From: a virus
Taxonomy: Duplodnaviria; Caudoviricetes
Strand: one strand, 5' to 3'
DNA length: 64,000 nucleotides
IMG/VR virus record: IMGVR_UViG_3300005573_000075
Location: 25,781 to 89,780 of that record
A program made the position numbers and the translations under genes. The notes below the pieces were generated by a model, which saw only the letters and a program-made list of their open reading frames with translations, ran no database searches and was not told the origin of the DNA. Positions 38,541 to 48,630 of the stretch are shown piece by piece; position 1 is the first letter of the stretch; the number at the start of each line of letters is the position of its first letter.

Positions 38541-39073
38541 AAAGCATAGAAGAAATCATAGAATATTTACAGCCAGGTGATTGTGTACTTCTAGGTGGGA
38601 AGGGAGTGGTATCCAGGGGTATAAAATGGTTCACAGATTCAAAATATAGCCATGCCACTTTATATGTAGGCGGAGGAAAGAATTATATAATAGAAGCTAC
38701 ATTAGCCGGGGTAGAAAGAAACAGAATACAAGATGTCTTAGTTCATGCAGAAAGAATATGCATAAGGAGAATTCCTAATTTAACTGTAGAAGAAGTTGAA
38801 TTAATGAAGAATAAAGCATATTCATTAATATATGATTCATATGATATACCACAATTTATTTCATATATACCTTATTTTTTATTTAGGAAGGTAGGAATTA
38901 ATTTACCTTTTTTAGTATTTAATAATAGACAGAAGATGGTATGTTCTGAATTATATGGGGTATGCGCATTAGCGGCAGGAATAAAATTATTTAGAAATAT
39001 CAAATTAATAACCCCTGAGTTTTTATATAGAACATTAAAAATGGTAACCATTCTTGAGGAGGACCTAAAATGA
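38537..39073 (+). CDS. Permuted papain-like (YiiX/YaeF, NlpC/P60) protein
   Basis: LQPGDCVLL..FTDSKYSHATLY..IEA..YD..CSEL, with His before Cys. Confidence 0.85.
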   Translation: MKSIEEIIEYLQPGDCVLLGGKGVVSRGIKWFTDSKYSHATLYVGGGKNYIIEATLAGVERNRIQDVLVHAERICIRRIPNLTVEEVELMKNKAYSLIYDSYDIPQFISYIPYFLFRKVGINLPFLVFNNRQKMVCSELYGVCALAAGIKLFRNIKLITPEFLYRTLKMVTILEEDLK

Positions 39074-39456
39074 ATTTAAGAAGTTTATTAATGAATAAAT
39101 ATATACCAGTAGATAGTAATTTTCATTGGGTACAAATACCTGCTACAATAGATATTACTGGAAAATGTTATGCATCAGGGGCTAAATTAGATACTATATC
39201 TATGACTTCAGTGGATGTACCTGGGAATACAGCTACTAAAGTATTAGATAAAAATATGGATAGGATAGGACATTTTATTATTTCTGCTAGCCCTTTTTAT
39301 ATTGGAATAGATAGTTCAGTTACAAATGTAAATGGAATATATGTACCTGCTAATACTAAATTTTCATTAGATAATGGAAATATTTGTTATGCTGGGGAAG
39401 TATATGTATATTCTACTTCTGCTATAAAAGTTAATGTAGTTGAATACATTTTCTAA
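39070..39456 (+). CDS. Small beta-sandwich putative virion protein
   Basis: ATKVLDKNMDR..FYIG..VTNVNGIYVPAN..YAGEVY pattern. Confidence 0.45.
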   Translation: MNLRSLLMNKYIPVDSNFHWVQIPATIDITGKCYASGAKLDTISMTSVDVPGNTATKVLDKNMDRIGHFIISASPFYIGIDSSVTNVNGIYVPANTKFSLDNGNICYAGEVYVYSTSAIKVNVVEYIF

Positions 39457-41542
39457 GGATGAAACCATGATAAGGAAAGAAGATATTAAAAATGGTGAAA
39501 TAGTAGTAGATAAAATAGATATAGATAAAGATATTTCTTTTAATAATTTTAAAATTACAAATTTAGCCGATCCTATTAATAATAAAGATGCAGTTAATAA
39601 ACAATATGTAGACAATAATTTAGCGGGTCTAAATTGGCAGAAGAGTGTTATAAATGTAATAGCAGAAAGTTCTTTGCCTACAAACCCATCAATAGGGAAT
39701 CGCTATCTTTTAAATTCAGGAACTAATATAAATAAAATAGTTGAATGGGATGGTTCACAATGGGTATATTATAGCCCCTCTGCTAATTGGGCTTTATTTG
39801 ATAATACTAATGATCAAGGTTGGACATATAACCCTGAATCAGCGGATTCTTTTAAATGGCTACAATTTACCGGTACTGGAATGATTACAGCTGGTACTGG
39901 ATTGTCTAAAATAGGAAATACTTTAAATGTTAATTTAGGGGCAGGGATAACGGAATTACCTACAGATGAAATAGGTATAGACTTAGATACTAATAGTGGT
40001 TTAGAATTATCTTCATTAGATACTTCGGGGAAATTACGATTAACAAATACAGGAGTAACCCCAGGGACATATCGTTCTGTAACTGTAGATGTTAAAGGAA
40101 GGGTTACTGCAGGAACTAATCCAACTACATTTGTGGGATATGGTATTTCAGATACTTCCGCAAATTTAGCGGCAGCTATAACTGATAAAACAGGAACCGG
40201 TAAACTTGTATTTTCTGATTCCCCTACTTTTACAGGTGATATATATTTTCCTAGTGGAAAATTAAGTTCATTTGGCAATTTAGCTCTTGGTACTTATAAT
40301 CCAGGGCAAAGATTAACTGTTTCAGGAGATATATCTATTATTAACGGAGGGGGTATTAGATATGAGGATACCGCCCCTGTTAATAATATATTAGTAGGAG
40401 ATGGTACAAGATTTGTCAGTACCACGCCAGGTTCTTTAACTAAAACAGATGATACTAATGTAACACTAGCATTAGGAGGAACTCCTAATGCGGCTTTATT
40501 AAAATCAGTAAGTTTAACATTAGGTTGGACCGGGACATTGGCTATTAGTAGAGGTGGTACGGGATTAAGTTCTTTAGGTATAGCTAATCAATTATTAGGG
40601 GTTAATTCAGGAGCAACTGCATTAGAATATAAAAACATATCTTCTTTACTTACTGCAGGCTCTGGAATTAATATAACAGGTACAACTAATGCAACTATAG
40701 CTAATACAGGAGTTTTATCTTTAAATTCTTCCACAGGGTCTTTAACATTGCAAGGAACGACTAATCAAGTAAATGTATCTACTGTAGGTTCTACTATTAC
40801 TCTATCTACTCCACAGAATATACATACCGGGGCAACTCCTACTTTTTCAGCCTTAAATTTATCTAGTTTAACTTTAGGATCTATTTTATTTGCAGGATCT
40901 AGCGGTAGCATTAGTCAGGATAATACCAATCTTTTTTGGGATAATACCAATAAAAGATTGGGCATCGGGACAGTGTCTCCAGGGTCAAAGTTAGCTGTCA
41001 GTGGAAACGCTGTCATTGGTTCAGGATATGCCACATCAGCGGGACCAACGGATGGATTAGCAATTCAGGGCAACGTCGGCATCGGGACGACTTCTCCAAG
41101 TGAAAAAGTGGATGTTGTAGGAAATATTAAAACTAATTCTTCAGTTATTATTAATCCAACACCAAATAATACAACAGCTTCAGGAACTATTATAAATGCC
41201 ACTGCGGGTGAAAATTTAAGTACAGGCGATGTTTGTTACCTTAAATCGGATGGAAAATATTGGAAAGCGAATGCTACTTCAAGTTCAACTATGCCCGCCT
41301 GTGTAATGGCTACACAAGCAATAAGTGCTAACACTACAGGTAAATTTTTAATTCAAGGGTATTGGAAAAACACTGGATTATCTTTAACGGTAGGTGGTTT
41401 AATTTATATGTCAACAACTGCAGGTGGTATTACTCAGACTGCCCCAAATGCTACAGGAAATCAAATTCAAGTATTAGGATATGCTACTGCTTTAGATACT
41501 ATTTATTTTAATCCAAACTTAATGCTATTGGAGGTAGCATAA
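39440..41542 (+). CDS. Fibre protein A1
   Basis: KITNLADPINNKDAVNKQYVD, GTYRSVTVDVKGRVTAG and GNVGIGTTSP fibre motifs; C-terminal domain shared with 43541. Likely start is an ATG near 39468. Confidence 0.8.
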   Translation: MNTFSKDETMIRKEDIKNGEIVVDKIDIDKDISFNNFKITNLADPINNKDAVNKQYVDNNLAGLNWQKSVINVIAESSLPTNPSIGNRYLLNSGTNINKIVEWDGSQWVYYSPSANWALFDNTNDQGWTYNPESADSFKWLQFTGTGMITAGTGLSKIGNTLNVNLGAGITELPTDEIGIDLDTNSGLELSSLDTSGKLRLTNTGVTPGTYRSVTVDVKGRVTAGTNPTTFVGYGISDTSANLAAAITDKTGTGKLVFSDSPTFTGDIYFPSGKLSSFGNLALGTYNPGQRLTVSGDISIINGGGIRYEDTAPVNNILVGDGTRFVSTTPGSLTKTDDTNVTLALGGTPNAALLKSVSLTLGWTGTLAISRGGTGLSSLGIANQLLGVNSGATALEYKNISSLLTAGSGINITGTTNATIANTGVLSLNSSTGSLTLQGTTNQVNVSTVGSTITLSTPQNIHTGATPTFSALNLSSLTLGSILFAGSSGSISQDNTNLFWDNTNKRLGIGTVSPGSKLAVSGNAVIGSGYATSAGPTDGLAIQGNVGIGTTSPSEKVDVVGNIKTNSSVIINPTPNNTTASGTIINATAGENLSTGDVCYLKSDGKYWKANATSSSTMPACVMATQAISANTTGKFLIQGYWKNTGLSLTVGGLIYMSTTAGGITQTAPNATGNQIQVLGYATALDTIYFNPNLMLLEVA

Positions 41543-42582
41543 TGGCTATCTCTAAAATAGGTGGAGTATCTTTAAGTTCACTTTCTAAATTGTTTGGAGT
41601 TCCATTATCAAATATTACTAAAATTGGTGGAGTTGATAAACAACCTTCAGGAGAAATTTTTGAATGGATAAATCCATTATCAGGGTATAGTTGGTTTATG
41701 GGTGTAATAGATAGAGATAGAAGGACTTTATGGTGGTTGGATAATACCCAAAATATAAGAAAAACGGATATTTATACTTTACAGACTATATCATATCCAA
41801 CAAATGCAAATGCTGATAGTGGTTTAAATGATAATGGTTATACAGAAGTAGTAGCTACTCATTGGGGATATTGGGAACAAAGTTATCTTTATAGGCTCAA
41901 TAAAACTACGGGTCAGCTTACTACGGTATTCTTAGATTATAATGGAAGGAAACAGAATACAGTAAACGAAGATGATTGGACTTATTTCTTTATACCTTCA
42001 TGTGAAAAAGATACTAATATTGGTGTGGTTTTAAAATCAAATAACAGTTATAGTGAAATTAGTATTTTAGGGGCTACTTATACTACACAAAGAGATGGGG
42101 CAAATAATTATTTTTGGACAGTTCGTGGAACTTATAGTGGTTATCCTCTTACACTTATTAAAATAGATGCTACGACTAAAACGATAGTAGCGACTTATGA
42201 TGTCCCAAATAACTATGCGGGAATACCATTTGTTTATTATAATGATTATTTATATTTGTTAAATTCAGGAACAACTAATTTTATGAGATTTAAAATTTCA
42301 AATGGAACTTTTGAAACTTTACCAAGTTGTCCAGTAAATACTCTTACTGATATATATTATGGATGTAATAATATATATAATAATAAACTGTATGTAGGTA
42401 AAACAGGAGCTTCAAATGATGGTAAGTTGTATTACTATGATTTAAATTTAAATCAATGGAATTATGATACGATTCCTTATTCTTCTACAGATTTTAGGTT
42501 ACAAAAAGTTTCGTCTACTGGAGAAATGGTTATTTTTGATACGGCAAATCAAAAAGTATATATAAGGAAAAAAATATTATGA
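41542..42582 (+). CDS. Beta-propeller-like protein B1 (candidate receptor-binding protein)
   Basis: Aromatic-rich beta repeats (YYNDYLYLL, YNNKLYVG); paralog of 44156. Confidence 0.55.
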   Translation: MAISKIGGVSLSSLSKLFGVPLSNITKIGGVDKQPSGEIFEWINPLSGYSWFMGVIDRDRRTLWWLDNTQNIRKTDIYTLQTISYPTNANADSGLNDNGYTEVVATHWGYWEQSYLYRLNKTTGQLTTVFLDYNGRKQNTVNEDDWTYFFIPSCEKDTNIGVVLKSNNSYSEISILGATYTTQRDGANNYFWTVRGTYSGYPLTLIKIDATTKTIVATYDVPNNYAGIPFVYYNDYLYLLNSGTTNFMRFKISNGTFETLPSCPVNTLTDIYYGCNNIYNNKLYVGKTGASNDGKLYYYDLNLNQWNYDTIPYSSTDFRLQKVSSTGEMVIFDTANQKVYIRKKIL

Positions 42583-43043
42583 AAATAAGAATTGATAATA
42601 ATGGAAATATAATTGCAGTTTGTATTGATTCTATCACTTTAGATAATTCAATTAGTGTTCCTGATAATCAAGATGTATTACTTAATTCTAATAAATATGT
42701 ATATATAAATGGAAATATAGAGTTAAAAAATAAAATAGAAATTACAACTGATAAAGTTGATACGAATAATAATGGAATTCCAGATACTTCTATAGGTAAT
42801 TCTCATTTATTAACTTTCACTTTTAAAGATAAGGATAATAATATTTTAAATATCTCAGGCGATTTTTTACTGAAAGTAGTTACTCAAAAATTAGATAGAA
42901 CAATTGAAGAAACCGAATATACAATTTCAATTAATGGAGGAATAGGGACATATTCTTTAACAAAAAACAATAGTGGTATTTATAGTTGTTTTATTTATGA
43001 TTTTAATTACTATTGTGAGTCTATAAATATAGAATTCATATAA
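42579..43043 (+). CDS. Fibre-associated protein C1
   Basis: Full-length paralog of 43056 (MKIR.D.NGNI, DTN.NGIPD.S.G, YCE...IEF). Confidence 0.65.
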   Translation: MKIRIDNNGNIIAVCIDSITLDNSISVPDNQDVLLNSNKYVYINGNIELKNKIEITTDKVDTNNNGIPDTSIGNSHLLTFTFKDKDNNILNISGDFLLKVVTQKLDRTIEETEYTISINGGIGTYSLTKNNSGIYSCFIYDFNYYCESINIEFI

Positions 43044-43055
43044 AGGAAAAATATT

Positions 43056-43511
43056 ATGAAAATAAGAGTTGATTCAAATGGAAATATTTTAGTAGTAGCA
43101 AGAGATAGTGAGACAGTAAGTGATTCCATATCAATTACAGATAATGAGGATTTAATTCAGAATCCAGCTAAATATCAATATATAAATGGAACTTTGGTAA
43201 AAAGAAATTATGTCTCATTATCCACAAATAAAACGGATACCAATGGTAATGGTATTCCTGATTGTTCAACAGGATTAAATCATACTATTACTGCCACTTT
43301 TTATAATAATGATGATACTATAGATACTTCTGTAAATGGAACATTTAGTTTAATATTTTCAAACCAAAGCGGGCAGAGTAAAACTTACAGTATAACAGTA
43401 ACAAATGGAGTAGGAAGCATTGATTTGGCTTCTGATTGGAGTGGAATTTATAGTGTGATAATAAATGATTCAACAAGATATTGTGAAGTACTATTTATTG
43501 AATTTGTTTAA
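43056..43511 (+). CDS. Fibre-associated protein C2
   Basis: Paralog of 42579. Confidence 0.65.
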   Translation: MKIRVDSNGNILVVARDSETVSDSISITDNEDLIQNPAKYQYINGTLVKRNYVSLSTNKTDTNGNGIPDCSTGLNHTITATFYNNDDTIDTSVNGTFSLIFSNQSGQSKTYSITVTNGVGSIDLASDWSGIYSVIINDSTRYCEVLFIEFV

Positions 43512-43540
43512 AATAATAAATAAAAATTGTGGAGTAAAGA

Positions 43541-44155
43541 ATGTCAACACAAATTGATTTAAGCAAGCAATCAAAAGATGGTAGTTTAACTTCACAGAAA
43601 ATAGCTAATAATGCTATTGATGATTCTAAAGTATCTTCTTTATCAATAAGTAAAATTACAGGGTTATCAGATGATTTATTAACTTATGTGAAAACAGATG
43701 GATCTCGCCCAATTACCGGAGATTTACAAATTAATGGAAGTATATTACCTTTAGCATATAAACTTCAATTACCTTCTACTTCTCTAACTTTTAATGGAAT
43801 TTATATAAGTATAACAGCGGGGGAAGCACTATCAAAGGGGAATACATTAAGAATTGCATCTGATGGGAAATTTTATAAGACTAATGCTACTAATTCTTCA
43901 GGAGTGCCTTGTATAGCTTTATCAGTAGATGATATATCTACAAACGGGACTGGGAGAGCTTTAATACTAGGTTATTGGCGAGATGACACAAAAGTCTGGA
44001 CTGTTGGAAATCCAGTATATTTAGCCACTACAAGTGGAGATATTACGCAAACAGCCCCTTCAACTAGTGGGAATCAGATTCAAAAGGTGGGAGTGGCTGT
44101 GACATCAACTACAATATATTTTAATGTAGATCCATCTATATTGGAGTTAGCATAA
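43541..44155 (+). CDS. Short fibre/decoration protein A2
   Basis: N-terminal TQIDLS motif shared with 46379; C-terminal domain shared with A1. Confidence 0.65.
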   Translation: MSTQIDLSKQSKDGSLTSQKIANNAIDDSKVSSLSISKITGLSDDLLTYVKTDGSRPITGDLQINGSILPLAYKLQLPSTSLTFNGIYISITAGEALSKGNTLRIASDGKFYKTNATNSSGVPCIALSVDDISTNGTGRALILGYWRDDTKVWTVGNPVYLATTSGDITQTAPSTSGNQIQKVGVAVTSTTIYFNVDPSILELA

Positions 44156-45169
44156 ATGGCAATAGCAAAAGTTAAAGGATTTTCAATTTCAAGTTTATCT
44201 AAGATAAATGGAATAGCTTTATCTGCTATTGGAAAAATTGAAGGATTTGATAAACAACCTTCTGTTACTTATGAATGGGTTTCTTTTTCATCAGTTAATC
44301 CAAGGGGACAAGAATTAGATGGAGATGAGTCTCATTTATGGTATGTAAGAGAAGGTTATCAATATTTATATAAAAAAGATATTTACAGTGGTTCAGATGT
44401 AGCAACTTATACTTTATCTGGAACTCAGATTTCATTAGCAGCTCATAGTAATACAGAAGTTTTTTGTAATGTTTTTCAAAATGGTAATCATTACAGAATC
44501 AATAAATCTACTGGAAATATCATTACAATAAGCACATCTGGTAGTAATAGACAAGCACCAGTAAATTTAGATATTTTAAATTATCATTATGGGTTAGGTT
44601 CTATTTCTCCAATAGTTTGTATAAAGAAATCAGATAATACTTATACAACTATAAGCACTTCTGGGGGAACAACATGGGGATATTATGCTGAAGGATATTT
44701 ATGGGTATGGTATTATTATAGTGAATACAATAAACTTGTTAAAATAGATATAAATACAAATACAGTAGTAGCTGTTTATAGTATTCCTATTTATGGAGTT
44801 GGACCATATAGTTATTATAATGGATACTTGTATTTATTTGGTTGGAATATGAAACAAGGATATAAATTTAGAATTTCGGATGCAACTTTTATTGCATTAC
44901 CAGATGCACCTGTTAATTTAGGTATAGTAACGAGAGCCGGAGAAACAAAAATATTAGATAATAAATTATATGTAGGTAAATGGGATTCAACTGCTAATAA
45001 TACAAATATATATTATTTAGATCTTATAAATGAAACTTGGGGATCTATTACAATACCAGGAGTTACTGCTGGAACTAATTGGAACTTATCTTCAGTATTA
45101 GAAACTGGAGAAATATGTATAGACGATAGAACTAATAATAAATATATAATTAGGAGAAAAGTTGCTTGA
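44156..45169 (+). CDS. Beta-propeller-like protein B2
   Basis: Paralog of 41542 with the same N-terminal K-I-x-G repeats ending in DKQPS. Confidence 0.55.
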   Translation: MAIAKVKGFSISSLSKINGIALSAIGKIEGFDKQPSVTYEWVSFSSVNPRGQELDGDESHLWYVREGYQYLYKKDIYSGSDVATYTLSGTQISLAAHSNTEVFCNVFQNGNHYRINKSTGNIITISTSGSNRQAPVNLDILNYHYGLGSISPIVCIKKSDNTYTTISTSGGTTWGYYAEGYLWVWYYYSEYNKLVKIDINTNTVVAVYSIPIYGVGPYSYYNGYLYLFGWNMKQGYKFRISDATFIALPDAPVNLGIVTRAGETKILDNKLYVGKWDSTANNTNIYYLDLINETWGSITIPGVTAGTNWNLSSVLETGEICIDDRTNNKYIIRRKVA

Positions 45170-45404
45170 CATGGAAAATAAAGAATTAAAAGATTTATTA
45201 AAAGAAGCAAATAATCAACTTCAATTAAAAGCTCGATTCTCATATAATATTAATGTCTATATGACTTCAATTGGAAATGATGTGATAGAAGTAAAAGAGG
45301 ATATTTTTCCTAGATGGTGTTTTATTAAAGGGGATAAAAAACAATGTAAGGAATTTTTAGAAGATATTGCAAAACTTTGTGGGGTTGAGGTAGAAATAAA
45401 ATGA
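45162..45404 (+). CDS. Hypothetical protein
   Basis: 80-aa ORF with overlaps on both sides. Confidence 0.5.
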   Translation: MLDMENKELKDLLKEANNQLQLKARFSYNINVYMTSIGNDVIEVKEDIFPRWCFIKGDKKQCKEFLEDIAKLCGVEVEIK

Positions 45405-46360
45405 AATTTTTAATATATATATTAATATTCCTTTTTGTTCAATCTGCGAAATGTCAGGTATACCCTTCATCATTAGCTAATGTCAAATTAGGATATGATG
45501 CCGGGGCTAATTTGACTTCTGGATCCAATAATACTTTGTTAGGGGCAGGGAGTGGCAATAAGGTATCTATAGGTTCCGATAATACTTTTGTCGGGTTTTT
45601 ATCAGGGTATTATACAACTACCGGGAAAGGGAATATTTTTGTAGGTAGCAATGCAGGGATATATAACAATACAGGGGAATATAATGCATTCATAGGATAT
45701 AAAGCAGGATACAATAATACTTCAGGAATTAATAATGCGGTTTTAGGGGCGTATGCTTATTTATATCCTAAAATAGGGGAGAATAATACCATTATAGGTT
45801 ATTATGCTGGGAAAGGTATTTATACCTCTTCATACACGCATACTACAATTATTGGGGATTACGCGGGGTATAATTTAATAACAGGTTCTAATTCAGTTAT
45901 TATAGGCAGTTTGACGGGGTATAATTTGCAAACAGCATATAATTCTATTTTAATTGGAGCAAATCCACAGGTAAATTCTATATATGATACAATAAATATA
46001 GGGGATACTTTTATAATTGATAAAAAGAATAATGAAGCTACTTTGTATGCTTCATTAAAATTAATGAATGTATTGGAAGGGGAAGGTAAAAATTTAGTAA
46101 TAGGAACTGATAATAAATTATATTATACTAAAGGGCAGATAAAAATCTGCCATGAGATACCTCAAGGGGAAAAGAATCAGCAGAATTTGGTATTCTCACT
46201 AGCGCATACCCCTATAATAAATACAGAAATGATTTATTTGAATGGGATATTACTTATGCCGGGAAGTGATTACAATATGAATGGGAATCAGATAAATTTC
46301 TCATATCCCCCTTATGAAGGGGATATACTACAAGCTTGCTATGAGTTTGAACAAGAGTAA
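45401..46360 (+). CDS. Gly-rich N-x-x-x-G beta-repeat protein with a signal-peptide-like N-terminus and a C-terminal Ig-like module
   Basis: MKFLIYILIFLFVQSAKC-Q; NTLLG/NTFVG/NIFVG/NAFIG/NAVLG repeats; IYLNG...GDIL module. Confidence 0.65.
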   Translation: MKFLIYILIFLFVQSAKCQVYPSSLANVKLGYDAGANLTSGSNNTLLGAGSGNKVSIGSDNTFVGFLSGYYTTTGKGNIFVGSNAGIYNNTGEYNAFIGYKAGYNNTSGINNAVLGAYAYLYPKIGENNTIIGYYAGKGIYTSSYTHTTIIGDYAGYNLITGSNSVIIGSLTGYNLQTAYNSILIGANPQVNSIYDTINIGDTFIIDKKNNEATLYASLKLMNVLEGEGKNLVIGTDNKLYYTKGQIKICHEIPQGEKNQQNLVFSLAHTPIINTEMIYLNGILLMPGSDYNMNGNQINFSYPPYEGDILQACYEFEQE

Positions 46361-46378
46361 AAAAAAGGAGGAATAAAA

Positions 46379-47701
46379 ATGGCAACACAAATTGATTTAA
46401 GTCGACAAGCAAAAGACTTGAGCTTGACAACTTCTAAGATAGCTAGTCAGGCTATTACAAATGAAAAGATACAAGATGGAAGTATAGATAATTCTAAAAT
46501 AGCGACAAACGCAGCTATAGTTTATAGTAAATTGAGTATTGTAGATGGAGATATTGTTATCTCAAAACTTAATACTACTTCAGCTGATTTTGATTCTACG
46601 GGGCAATTAAAAACAGGGGTGGTAGGGGATCCTGAAGTAAGTGCATTATCTATAAGCAAAATAACAGAATTAAGCACTGAATTAAGTAGCTTCTTGAAAT
46701 TAGATGGCACCAGAGCAATGACAGGTATTTTGGATATGGGAGGATATAAAATTAGCAACTTAGGGGCAGGTTCACTTAGTTCAGATGCCATTACAAAATC
46801 CCAATTAGATTCTGCTATTTCAGGAGTTCAATCAACAATACAGAAATTTACATGGCTGAATGCTGTTATAGACGCTACAAATACTCCACCGTTAAGTCCT
46901 AGTCAAGGCGATAGGTATTTAGTTACTGCTACCGCTTCAGGAGCTTGGGCAGGGCATGAAAATGATATAGCTGAATGGGATGGAACGCAATGGGTATTTA
47001 CATTGCATTCTTCGCTAAGTGCAGGTACATTTATATCGGTTAATACTCTAAATGATAGATTAGATATGTGGGATGGTACCAATTGGGTCTATAAATATTT
47101 TGAATCTACCACAGCGTCTACTGGATTAACAAAAGTAGGGTTTGATATCAGATTAGATAGTTCTGCGGCTGGTTCAGGTTTACTTTTTAGTTCAGGAGTT
47201 TTATCGGTCGATGTAGGTACTACAGCTAATAAAATACTTAAATTAGATTCTGCAGCAAAAATACCGGCTGTAGATGGCAGTCAATTACTTAATGTAAACG
47301 CAGATAAACTTGATTCGTTAGATTCAACAGACTTCTTAAGGGCTACTGCGAGTTCTTCTGTTTCAAGCGGGAATACGCTTACTATTGCTAGTGGCGCAAC
47401 ATTTTCCATTGCATCTGGAGCTACTTGGAATTTAGGAGGAACAGCAATAACTGCAACAGCTGCGCAATTGAATAGTTTAGGAACTATAGTTACTAGAGAA
47501 ACTCCTTCGGGAACTATAGATGGCTCTAACAAAGTATTTACATTGGCAAATACGCCTATATCAGGCTCTGAAAGTGTATTTTTGAATGGTATACTCCAAA
47601 ATGCAGGAGTTTCCAATGATTATACTATATCAGGGAATACAATAACTTTTGCTACCGCTCCTTCTGTAGGCGATGTCATATTAGTAAATTACAGATATTA
47701 A
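46379..47701 (+). CDS. Fibre/whisker-like protein
   Basis: TQIDLS N-terminus, KISNLG..DAITKSQLD, a GAWAGHENDIAEWDG domain and a terminal VFLNG module; strong SD. Confidence 0.75.
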   Translation: MATQIDLSRQAKDLSLTTSKIASQAITNEKIQDGSIDNSKIATNAAIVYSKLSIVDGDIVISKLNTTSADFDSTGQLKTGVVGDPEVSALSISKITELSTELSSFLKLDGTRAMTGILDMGGYKISNLGAGSLSSDAITKSQLDSAISGVQSTIQKFTWLNAVIDATNTPPLSPSQGDRYLVTATASGAWAGHENDIAEWDGTQWVFTLHSSLSAGTFISVNTLNDRLDMWDGTNWVYKYFESTTASTGLTKVGFDIRLDSSAAGSGLLFSSGVLSVDVGTTANKILKLDSAAKIPAVDGSQLLNVNADKLDSLDSTDFLRATASSSVSSGNTLTIASGATFSIASGATWNLGGTAITATAAQLNSLGTIVTRETPSGTIDGSNKVFTLANTPISGSESVFLNGILQNAGVSNDYTISGNTITFATAPSVGDVILVNYRY

Positions 47702-47715
47702 ACTACCTCACCCAG

Positions 47716-47747
47716 GGCAGAGGGTTTTTAAACCCTCTGCCCTTTTA
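47716..47747 (+). terminator. Intrinsic terminator-like hairpin
   Basis: GGGCAGAGGGTTT-TT-AAACCCTCTGCCC followed by TTTT. Confidence 0.7.
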
Positions 47748-47760
47748 AAGGAGATGAACC

Positions 47761-48618
47761 ATGAGAATACTGAGAGTAGATGTCCCATTAAAAAAACACA
47801 AAGAATTGAACATATATCCTATAGGTGATATTCATTTTAATAGTCCTGCGTTTATAGAAGACCTTTATAATAATTGGTGTAATATAGTTAAGAATGATAA
47901 ACATGCTAAGTGTATTATATTAGGTGATATTATTGATGAGGACCGCCCATCAACCAGGAAAGAGCGAAAATTAATGTTTGGTGATCGACCAGAAGCGTAT
48001 TATGCTGAGGATAAGCAGCATAAATATTTTTTAGATCATAATATTATTCCCAAATATTTATCAATTTTAAATAAAGATAACTGTCTAGGAATGATAGATG
48101 GTGACCATCATCGTTTATATGTTGATGGTTTAACCTCAACGCAATATATTTGCAGTAAATTAGGTGTTCCTTATTTAGGGGATGGGCAAGCTATTATTAG
48201 TTTAAGTTTTAGGGATGCATACCACGGATTTATTTATAATATGCATATCCGCCATGGCAGGGGATATAACGCAAAATTAGGTGGAACATTAAATAGAAAT
48301 TTAGATTTTCAGGAAAAAATAAGGAACATTGATTGTTTTATCCGAGGGCATTCGCACAATGCGATGATTAATTCATATTATACTTATGAATTTGATGATA
48401 GAAAATTAAGATTAAATGATAAATTAATATGGATATTGAACGTTGGATCTTTTAGAGGCGGGTATATCCAAAACGAGAAAGAAACTAATGGTATTACAGA
48501 CTATGCAGAATTAAAAGAATATGGCAATTCCACTCGTGAGCAAGTAAAATTAACTATTATGTATGAAAATAAGATTGAGAGGGGTAGAATACTAATAGCT
48601 AAAGGGCAATATGTTTAA
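47761..48618 (+). CDS. Calcineurin-like metallophosphoesterase
   Basis: GDIH, LGDIID, GDHH, RHG and GHSH metal-binding motifs. Confidence 0.85.
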   Translation: MRILRVDVPLKKHKELNIYPIGDIHFNSPAFIEDLYNNWCNIVKNDKHAKCIILGDIIDEDRPSTRKERKLMFGDRPEAYYAEDKQHKYFLDHNIIPKYLSILNKDNCLGMIDGDHHRLYVDGLTSTQYICSKLGVPYLGDGQAIISLSFRDAYHGFIYNMHIRHGRGYNAKLGGTLNRNLDFQEKIRNIDCFIRGHSHNAMINSYYTYEFDDRKLRLNDKLIWILNVGSFRGGYIQNEKETNGITDYAELKEYGNSTREQVKLTIMYENKIERGRILIAKGQYV

Positions 48619-48630
48619 AAAGGGGGATAG

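Noticed and set aside
39440-47701. Diversity-generating retroelement or shufflon acting on the fibres
   Set aside because: No reverse transcriptase, invertase or near-identical template/variable repeat pair was seen; the paralogs are diverged throughout.
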